DNA from: an uncultured Gammaproteobacteria bacterium
Lineage (GTDB): Bacteria > Patescibacteriota > Patescibacteriia > HK-STAS-PATE-3
DNA length: 64,000 bases
Assembly: GCA_964637345.1 (NCBI GenBank)
Contig: CAZWTD010000003.1
Span: forward strand, 7,678-71,677
Direction of reading: 5' to 3'
Shown one piece after another: positions 57,360 to 64,000 of the stretch. Position 1 is the stretch's first letter, and every line of letters starts with the position of its first letter. The translations under genes were made by a program, and so were the position numbers. The notes beneath the pieces are model-generated. The model searched no databases, had not been told where the DNA came from, and was given only the letters and a program-made list of their open reading frames with translations.

Positions 57360-57857
57360 ATGCCAAGCCGACCTGTCACGCAATATACCGTACCAAGCAT
57401 TCGCGCCGCCTCAGCTGAAGTTCCGCTTGAGGAGTTGCGTGCCGGAAAGCTTGGAAAGCTTCTTCGCGACATGCTCGAAACCATGCGGAAGGAAAATGGC
57501 GTTGGGATTGCTGCCCCGCAAATCGGCGTGAATCGCCGCGTGATTATCGTCGACTTGCCCGAGGGTCCGTTGTCCATTATTAACCCTGTACTCTCGAAAC
57601 ACTCTCTGAAGCGAGAAACGCTCGAGGAGGGCTGTCTTTCCGTAAAGGGGGTGTTCGGGCCAGTCCAGCGCCACTCCTCGGTTCACGTGACCGGTTATAC
57701 TGACACCGGAGAACACTTTGCTATGACCGCGAAAGGCTTTGCTGCTCGAATTTTCCAGCACGAAGTAGACCACCTGAACGGCACGCTTTTTATCGACCGC
57801 GCGCAACGGATCTCCCAGGGTGCCATTGACCTACCACGATGGAAACGCAGCGTGTAG
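57360..57857 (+). CDS. def: Peptide deformylase
   Basis: GVGIAAPQIG, EGCLS, QHEVDHLNG. Confidence 0.97.
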   Translation: MPSRPVTQYTVPSIRAASAEVPLEELRAGKLGKLLRDMLETMRKENGVGIAAPQIGVNRRVIIVDLPEGPLSIINPVLSKHSLKRETLEEGCLSVKGVFGPVQRHSSVHVTGYTDTGEHFAMTAKGFAARIFQHEVDHLNGTLFIDRAQRISQGAIDLPRWKRSV

Positions 57858-58822
57858 TCTTTTTTGGATCTGGCAACTTTGGACAGTCGATACTCCAGGG
57901 CTTACTCACCATCCCGGGCCTTAGCGTTGTCGGGGTTGTTTCCGGTCCAGATCGAATCCAGGGCCGGGGCTTACAGCTATCAACAGATCCGGTCGCTGCG
58001 CTGGCTCAATCAACGAGCATTCCTATCTGGCAGACCGATCGGATTACCGATGCACTGCAAGGGTCACTTAGATCCCTAAGTCCCGACGCAGCAGTTCTCG
58101 CATCGTTCGGATTGATGATTCCATCTGAGCTTTTGCGCCTGCCCCGGCTCGGTTTTGTGAACGTTCACCCGTCCCTTCTTCCCGCCTACCGCGGAGCCTC
58201 GCCGATTGCCGGGGCCCTTCTTGACGGACAAAGCGAAACAGGCTCGACCCTCATTGTCATGACCCCAGGACTCGATGATGGACCGATTATCGCCCAGGAA
58301 TCCGTCTCAATACCTCATGGAATGCACCGGCCCGACCTAGAGCGCGTATTGATTGACGTTTCGGTAGGCCTGCTGCGGACCTCCTTGCTCCCCTATTTAG
58401 CAGGACGCATAACGCCGGTCCCCCAAGCTGATCCGAGGGGGCAACGACCTACGCGACGACTATCGAAAGAGCAGGGTCGGATTCACTGGACAAAAGATGC
58501 TGAGAGCATCGTACGCGAAATTCGCGCCTTCGACCCTTGGCCAGGCTCCTGGACAACCTGGAATGGAGAAATGCTCAAAATCCTCGACGCCCGGCCTACA
58601 CCTACACAGCCCGGAGCCCCTGGAACGGTTCTCACAACGCCAAATGACCCAATGAGTGTTGTTTGTGGGAGTGGGTCAATCGGCATTCTCCGACTTCAGC
58701 GAAGCGGCCGAAAACCACTCAATGCGAAAGATTTTCTCCACGGCTCTCCGGGGATACTTGGCTCGCAGCTTGGGACCGAATTTTCTTCGTCGTCCAAAAA
58801 CCAAGATATCGTCCGGTCATAA
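57839..58822 (+). CDS. fmt: Methionyl-tRNA formyltransferase
   Basis: VFFGS, PDR..GRG, NVHPSLLPAYRGASPI, LDDGP, RAFDPWPG. Confidence 0.96.
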   Translation: METQRVVFFGSGNFGQSILQGLLTIPGLSVVGVVSGPDRIQGRGLQLSTDPVAALAQSTSIPIWQTDRITDALQGSLRSLSPDAAVLASFGLMIPSELLRLPRLGFVNVHPSLLPAYRGASPIAGALLDGQSETGSTLIVMTPGLDDGPIIAQESVSIPHGMHRPDLERVLIDVSVGLLRTSLLPYLAGRITPVPQADPRGQRPTRRLSKEQGRIHWTKDAESIVREIRAFDPWPGSWTTWNGEMLKILDARPTPTQPGAPGTVLTTPNDPMSVVCGSGSIGILRLQRSGRKPLNAKDFLHGSPGILGSQLGTEFSSSSKNQDIVRS

Positions 58823-60347
58823 GACGAGTCTGAGCCTCAATAGCTGGGATGGATCCGAACGCGATCATCGTGATCGGAAATAAAAGCCACTGCAATACCA
58901 TAGTGAACATTTTCCCCAAGCCGGTTGACTTTGGGCGGGTTGGCAAGATGATAAGCCCCATGATCGCGCTTGCAAAAAGCCCGACCAGCGAAAGGGTCAT
59001 GAGCGTTTGCAGAATAGTTGGGGCAGACTGATAGAGGGCAGAAAGCTTTTCCTGCTCAGAAGCCATGGCCAGCGGAATATAGCCAAGGAGGTAAATGAGT
59101 ATTGGCGCAGTCGCCCACGAATACTCCCCTTCGAGCTGATTCCAGACATAACGAAATTTTGCGCTCCAAGGAATTTTTGGGTTGCGTCGGAAATTCCAAA
59201 CCATGTACGGAAAATTCTCCGCGCCGTAGGCCCAACGCCGAATTTGTTTGTACTGATGAACAATGGTTTCCCATACCGTCCGCCCTTGGACCGTATCCAT
59301 CGAAACCGGGAGATAAATCGGCGTTACCGTATAGTCGCCGTCGTAAGTTAAATAGCACTGGATAAAAATTCTCGAGTCCTCCGTTACAATATCGCTCTGC
59401 CAAAAACCGACGTCAACAAGTGCCTGAAAGCTCATGCTGTGCGACGAAAACGTAAACATGCGTTCCGTGCGGATGGTTTCCGATAAGAGCCAAAACGTGG
59501 TACTGTTTGCCACAACTCGCGTGAAGGGCGGCGCGTCCCAGACGTTATTCAAAAACAGCGGAATGGGCTGATAGCTTGAGCGTGTCGGCTTTGGGTTTGT
59601 TACATACGCATGACTTAAGCACGCGAAATATTGTGGGTGAACACAGGAGTCAATATCAAAACTCGAAACGATGACCGTGTCGTAGGGAATCCCTTGGGCA
59701 TCAATCCATTCCTTCGCCTTGCGTCCGGCCCAGGCGATGTTTGAGCCTTTGCCGGCCATTTCGCCCGGCAAATCAGCCGGATGCTCTGTAACCATCCAAT
59801 GACCAAAGCGTGATCCGAATTCTTGGCTCATTTGCTCCGCGAGGCGCCGCCCGGTTTCCCCGTCTCGCTCTTCAATTGCCAACACGACTATGAGGCGGTC
59901 GAGCGGAATCGTCACCTGCGATAAATATCGAAGCGTCGTTCGAACGACATCCGGATCATCGAGGTGGGTCGGGAGAACAACAAGGTGCCGAAGCGCCTGA
60001 AACCGCTCGACAAGCTCGGGTGTTTGACAGCGGGCCAACCAATCAACTCGTAAGGCCCTTCGAAAACGCGTAAAAGCAATAAGAACAAAGGTAAGCAAGT
60101 AGGTAATTCGCACTAACCAAAGAAAATCAAAAACGATAATAAAAAGAATGGCCCAAAGCGGCTTTACAACAGTGAGAAGTATAGCTAGGCCGAAGGTCGA
60201 CCAGATGAGGATACCCGGGATCCGCTCCAAGCGCCGGTAGGCGCGAATTTCTTGGTGTTGATACCCTGCTTGATTTTGCTCTGAACGTTTTCCGGAACGT
60301 CCAAAGAGGCCCCCGATCTGACGCCATGGTACGGTCGGCTTGGTCAT
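58719..60347 (-). CDS. Membrane GT2 with processive-synthase motifs
   Basis: N-terminal TMs, KGSN, DID, TED, QIRRW, C-terminal TMs, FWTTKK. Confidence 0.85.
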   Translation of the reverse strand: MTKPTVPWRQIGGLFGRSGKRSEQNQAGYQHQEIRAYRRLERIPGILIWSTFGLAILLTVVKPLWAILFIIVFDFLWLVRITYLLTFVLIAFTRFRRALRVDWLARCQTPELVERFQALRHLVVLPTHLDDPDVVRTTLRYLSQVTIPLDRLIVVLAIEERDGETGRRLAEQMSQEFGSRFGHWMVTEHPADLPGEMAGKGSNIAWAGRKAKEWIDAQGIPYDTVIVSSFDIDSCVHPQYFACLSHAYVTNPKPTRSSYQPIPLFLNNVWDAPPFTRVVANSTTFWLLSETIRTERMFTFSSHSMSFQALVDVGFWQSDIVTEDSRIFIQCYLTYDGDYTVTPIYLPVSMDTVQGRTVWETIVHQYKQIRRWAYGAENFPYMVWNFRRNPKIPWSAKFRYVWNQLEGEYSWATAPILIYLLGYIPLAMASEQEKLSALYQSAPTILQTLMTLSLVGLFASAIMGLIILPTRPKSTGLGKMFTMVLQWLLFPITMIAFGSIPAIEAQTRLMTGRYLGFWTTKKIRSQAASQVSPESRGENLSH

Positions 60348-60350
60348 ACG

Positions 60351-61340
60351 CTAGTTGGGAAATGGAGTGCTGACTAATCGAACCGAAGGCTTCGTTGGAA
60401 TCGCTCGGAGAATACCGGTTTTGGCGCCAATCGAACCGATGACTGATTCGGCGTTCAGTGTAGCAACTTTTAATGCATATCCCATCTCAGGCTTACGAAG
60501 ATACGCAGCGACAAAACCAGATCCGAAAGCGTCGCCAGCCCCGGTGGTATCAATAACGCGAACTGGCCGCGACACAGTACGATACCGTCGCTCATTATCG
60601 CACACGATCGCGCCTTTCGGGCCGTTCGTTATGACGACAATTCCGGGTAGCGAGAAGCATAAATCACGGAATCCGGCTTCTGACTTACTTGCCGGAAGGC
60701 CGGCGAGTTGCATTGCTTCAGTAGCATTCAACAACAGCACGTCAACATGCTGTAAAATTGGCGCAAGCTGCTTCCGGCCGTGAGCTAGCTCTGCGGCCCC
60801 GGGGTTAAAGGCGATCTTTGCGCCTCGCTTCTTTCCAACCTCAACCAAACGGCGTAGAACGCGAATATTTCCGGCTAAGGATGTAATGTAAAACCATCGG
60901 GCCTGAAGCCGCTCCCAGGGAATATGACGATCGGTAAGGTGGGCAGACGCCCCGCGATAGACGAGCACAACGCGTTCACCAGAGGGTGCGAGGAGAATAA
61001 CGGAGTAAGCCGTTCTCACACGAGCGTCGCGACTCACGAGTCTAGTGCTCACTCCTTCAGATTCGAGAAGACGAAGAATCTCTTTTCCGCGAACGTCGTA
61101 CTCGCCGATTCTTCCGACAAATGCTGTTGAGTACCCAAAACGGGCAAAAGTAACAGCACTGTTTGTCCCTCCGCCTCCGGTGTCAAAAAGAATTCCTGAG
61201 ATCTCAATTTTTGCGCCTAAGGGAAATGCGGGAAGAATATTTTGCTTCCGGTGTGTTTCATTTAGCCGAAAAGCTTCGCTCTCAAGAAAAACATCTCGTG
61301 TCGCATTTCCAAAGGTGATGACATCGTAGCGTGTTGCCAT
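60351..61340 (-). CDS. PfkB family carbohydrate kinase
   Basis: GGGGTNSA...RFG, FNPG, LNATEA, DTTGAGDAFGSG. Confidence 0.93.
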   Translation of the reverse strand: MATRYDVITFGNATRDVFLESEAFRLNETHRKQNILPAFPLGAKIEISGILFDTGGGGTNSAVTFARFGYSTAFVGRIGEYDVRGKEILRLLESEGVSTRLVSRDARVRTAYSVILLAPSGERVVLVYRGASAHLTDRHIPWERLQARWFYITSLAGNIRVLRRLVEVGKKRGAKIAFNPGAAELAHGRKQLAPILQHVDVLLLNATEAMQLAGLPASKSEAGFRDLCFSLPGIVVITNGPKGAIVCDNERRYRTVSRPVRVIDTTGAGDAFGSGFVAAYLRKPEMGYALKVATLNAESVIGSIGAKTGILRAIPTKPSVRLVSTPFPN

Positions 61341-61341
61341 A

Positions 61342-62217
61342 TTACGCCTTCCCAGCGCTTCCAAATATTCGAATCTTCGCCTCTACGACGCGTTCAACAG
61401 AGCGAATAGCCTTTGGGAAATACTCGTACGGCACAATCGCCTGGGGATCTCGTAGGGCCTGACGCAATCCTCCAGCCAAGGCCTGACGAAGCTCAGTATT
61501 CACATTCACCTTCGTAATTCCATTCTGTATCGCAGCGCGAATGAGTTGCGCGGGAATTCCCGAACCTCCGTGAAGGGAGAGAAAGGCGGACGTTTGTGCC
61601 CGAATGTCTGCAATGCGCTTGGGTTGTATTTGCTTTTTTCCTTTATAAAGACCGTGCGCTTCGCCGACCGAAACCGCCAAGGTATCAATCCCGGTGTCTG
61701 CAACAAAATGACGGGCAACAATCGGGTCGGTAAATGAGCTGGGGTCGAGTTCAAGCGTCTGACCATGGAGGGTAGAATTTCCAGCAATATGTTCGCGCTC
61801 CCCTTCAACAAGAATGCCGTGCGCGTGAGCCAACGGAACGACCTTTTTCAAATTTCTCGCATTGTGTGCCGGAGACAAAAGAGAACCGTCGTAGTGGACA
61901 ATATCAAACCCAGCCCGAATCGCCGACCGGACAATTGTTAAGTCGCGCGCGTGATCAAGATTTAAGAGTACTGTAGCCTGATAATGAGCCTCGAGACTTC
62001 GCACAATCGCCACTAGGGTTTCAACACCAAAATAGCTAGTTTCGCCCGGGGACGTTTCGAGAATAACCGGAGAGCGAAGTCGATGAGCGACGCCGACAAT
62101 AGCCTTCATTGTTTCAAAGCTTCCGGCGTTAAAAGCGCCGACGGCATACCGGCCCTTTCGAGCTTTTTCGAATACACTTCTCGCGCGGGACAAACGACGC
62201 ATTGAGACGTAGAACAT
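61342..62217 (-). CDS. fba: Class II fructose-bisphosphate aldolase
   Basis: YAVGAFN, LNLDH, DGS, VEGE, LAVSVGEAHG, LHGGSG, KVNVNTE. Start 62217 or 62202. Confidence 0.92.
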   Translation of the reverse strand: MFYVSMRRLSRARSVFEKARKGRYAVGAFNAGSFETMKAIVGVAHRLRSPVILETSPGETSYFGVETLVAIVRSLEAHYQATVLLNLDHARDLTIVRSAIRAGFDIVHYDGSLLSPAHNARNLKKVVPLAHAHGILVEGEREHIAGNSTLHGQTLELDPSSFTDPIVARHFVADTGIDTLAVSVGEAHGLYKGKKQIQPKRIADIRAQTSAFLSLHGGSGIPAQLIRAAIQNGITKVNVNTELRQALAGGLRQALRDPQAIVPYEYFPKAIRSVERVVEAKIRIFGSAGKA

Positions 62218-62232
62218 TAAAAAGGCACCTAC

Positions 62233-62241
62233 AGTATACCA
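62233..62241 (-). promoter_or_regulatory. Extended -10 for fba-pfkB-GT2
   Basis: Minus strand GCGTGGTATACT, nearly identical to GCGTGGTATAGT in front of pilB. Confidence 0.55.
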
Positions 62242-62252
62242 CGCTGGCTAGC

Positions 62253-62585
62253 TCAGCCAAGCGCGTACGCGGCGCGTAAATCCGGGTCCATCATTTCCGA
62301 CTGCCAGGGCGGATCAAAGGAAAACCGAACCTGAATTGCCTGATGCGTAATAACGGGACGAAGGCTCTGCTCAACTCGCTCAACAAAATACTCGCTCAAC
62401 GGACAGCCGGGGTAGGTCAAGGTCATCGTTACGATAAACGTCCCGTCGGTCTCAGTAAGATTATATACAAGACCAAGGCTGACAATATCCGCTCCTAGCT
62501 CCGGATCCTCGACGGTACGAAGCGCATCAATAACCTGCCGAAATTCCGAACTACCGTACCCAGCTAATACTTTGTTCGAGGTCAT
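62253..62585 (-). CDS. DUF59 / SufT-like metal-sulfur cluster assembly factor
   Basis: LRTVEDPELGADIVSLGLVY, MTLTYPGCP, FDPPW...MM. Confidence 0.92.
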   Translation of the reverse strand: MTSNKVLAGYGSSEFRQVIDALRTVEDPELGADIVSLGLVYNLTETDGTFIVTMTLTYPGCPLSEYFVERVEQSLRPVITHQAIQVRFSFDPPWQSEMMDPDLRAAYALG

Positions 62586-63375
62586 GGAAAAACATCCAAG
62601 AATTATCAAGAATTCGGCAAGACCACTGCGTGAACTGGGTTGAACTGGGGAGAGCTGGGTACGGAGGGGTACAAACCAGGGGTCCGCCAGGCGTACGCAG
62701 CTCCGTCCCGTTGGCGGAAAAAACTTCAGTCCCGGCTGCGCCTGAGAGCGTATAGTAGCGTCCTGATGGGTTGACTTGCGAACGCAGTATATATACCTCA
62801 GTTTCACTCTCGAGCTTCGATCCAGCCTGGCGAACAAGCTGGTCAACAACCTGATCTCGAACCGGATAAATTGAGGACATCATAAAGGTCAAGCCGACCC
62901 AAGCAAGTAACGCTATCACGATATACAAGCACGAGACGAGTAGGGAGCGGGCAAAAAACACGGGCTGATCGTCTGGAAGCGGCTGGCTGCGAACCACGAG
63001 AATCCAGGCGAGGACAAAAAGTAAGGTTCCCCCAACCTGCGCCACCCAAGGCTGAAGCACGTGATACGGTAAGACAAAAAGAAGACCAAGTCCAAGTACG
63101 ATAGCCGTTGCGATAAAATGCGGACGGCCTACGATTCGGCCGTACCAACACAAACTCAAAAAGGCCATGAAGGCAAGTCCCGTCACAACCCAACCTAGGA
63201 CCTCTTGTTGGAGAAGGTTCCCAAGTGAGGCTGCCAGCCAACTAAGACCAGACAGGGTGACGAGAAAAAGTACTGTGTGTTTTTTCCGAAGTAAACCGAG
63301 AAGCCGCAGCTCATCTTCAGTCAGTTGACCTGGAGCATTTTTACCTGAAGGAATAATGCGGACAACGGCACTCAT
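62551..63375 (-). CDS. Hypothetical membrane protein (about 5 TM helices plus C-terminal soluble domain)
   Basis: 274-aa ORF packed against both neighbours, hydrophobic segments; no family recognised. Confidence 0.65.
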   Translation of the reverse strand: MSAVVRIIPSGKNAPGQLTEDELRLLGLLRKKHTVLFLVTLSGLSWLAASLGNLLQQEVLGWVVTGLAFMAFLSLCWYGRIVGRPHFIATAIVLGLGLLFVLPYHVLQPWVAQVGGTLLFVLAWILVVRSQPLPDDQPVFFARSLLVSCLYIVIALLAWVGLTFMMSSIYPVRDQVVDQLVRQAGSKLESETEVYILRSQVNPSGRYYTLSGAAGTEVFSANGTELRTPGGPLVCTPPYPALPSSTQFTQWSCRILDNSWMFFHDLEQSISWVR

Positions 63376-63926
63376 TACTTGGCCTTCATAATGACTACGG
63401 GGTATGAAGCAAGCGACTCGCCGTTTAGCGCGAGTTGAAGCAGATACTGACCAGTTTCTTGCGGGTGCGACAATCGAATAAGGCCATCACGTAAAGGAAC
63501 CTTAGCTTCTTGGCTCACTTGTCGCCCCTGGTCATCAGCCCACATGACTGACAGCACAAGGCCTCCTTCTCCGCCGTGAAGGTTTACCCGAAGACCGAGT
63601 TCATCATTCGCGTCAATCGTCTCAGCGACCTGCCACTCCCCTTTTTGATTTCGACGTTGCAGTTGAAGGTAGGCAATCTGCGAGGCTTGCGTCGGCGCTA
63701 GCGAATTGAACTCGCTCTCTGCCGCTGGCTCCGGTCCATAGGTGGTGTCCGACATGGGAGGAAGCGTAGCGGCCTGATCCTCAACGCCAAGAATGGCCGG
63801 TCGACGTATCTCGACAAGATTCGGCGTGAATGGCGCAATATTGGCTTCACTAACAACAACCGCGGCCCCGAGACTAAAGGCGCCGAGAAATACAGGTATG
63901 GTGAGACGTGGTGCGAGATGCCGCAT
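63375..63926 (-). CDS. Hypothetical exported protein with C-terminal beta-sandwich
   Basis: Hydrophobic N-terminus, Pro/Ala linker, G.YLLQL.LNG..LAS..V.I C-terminus. Confidence 0.65.
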   Translation of the reverse strand: MRHLAPRLTIPVFLGAFSLGAAVVVSEANIAPFTPNLVEIRRPAILGVEDQAATLPPMSDTTYGPEPAAESEFNSLAPTQASQIAYLQLQRRNQKGEWQVAETIDANDELGLRVNLHGGEGGLVLSVMWADDQGRQVSQEAKVPLRDGLIRLSHPQETGQYLLQLALNGESLASYPVVIMKAK

Positions 63927-63933
63927 GCCTGGT

Positions 63934-63962
63934 AGTGTACCAAGAACGGCTTTACCGGACAA
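63934..63962 (-). promoter_or_regulatory. Putative leaderless promoter
   Basis: Minus strand TTGTCC-17 bp-TACACT with extended TG, 7 nt before ATG 63926. Confidence 0.55.
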
Positions 63963-64000
63963 CGAGCCTAGGACAAGCGGCGGCGGCGCAGAACAAAGTA

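Noticed and set aside
1-64000. CRISPR arrays, tRNA/rRNA genes, IS elements, prophage, defence or toxin-antitoxin genes
   Set aside because: No repeat-spacer periodicity, cloverleaf, or transposase, integrase or nuclease motifs seen; all gaps are 200 bp or less and were read by eye.
1-64000. TGA recoding (genetic code 25, as in Gracilibacteria)
   Set aside because: TGA ends conserved genes at the expected lengths (mraY, murD, murG, murC, murB, serS, ddl).

Overview
A gene-dense stretch of bacterial chromosome (genetic code 11, TGA used as stop) that looks like a Patescibacteria/CPR organism, probably Parcubacteria or ABY1-like. That assignment is an inference from the alphaCTD-less RpoA, short L13, editing-domain-less ProRS, two MreB paralogues, DUF4012 and the type IV pilus locus. 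In order it holds: a type IV pilus operon (pilB, pilC, a 727-aa pilin-like protein, a minor pilin) behind a GT-C glycosyltransferase; mraY-murD-ftsW-murG-murC-murB-hpf-secA; infA-rpmJ-rpsM-rpsK-rpsD-rpoA-rplQ-rplM-rpsI; a Wzx/GT/O-antigen-ligase glycan cluster with DUF4012 and mreB; holB, a beta-propeller lipoprotein, frr, rseP, proS; mreBCD-mrdA; greA, serS, alr, ddl, ftsQ; an M23 peptidase, gltX, a permease, wecB/tagA, thpR; a secreted four-repeat protein, a Memo-like gene, priA-def-fmt; and a processive-type GT2 with pfkB, fba and sufT. I found no tRNA, rRNA, CRISPR array, transposon or defence island. The best leads are: (1) a divergent 28-bp dif-like site at 47924-47951, where a 40-kb run of plus-strand genes ends, in a window whose GC skew appears to reverse; (2) a ~110-nt rod-shaped leader RNA between a near-consensus promoter and infA; (3) recurring leaderless, mostly extended -10 promoters; (4) a giant pilin with nested domain insertions plus candidate glycosylation machinery; (5) a secreted protein with four ~59-aa repeats. 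All calls were made by eye, with no database searches.
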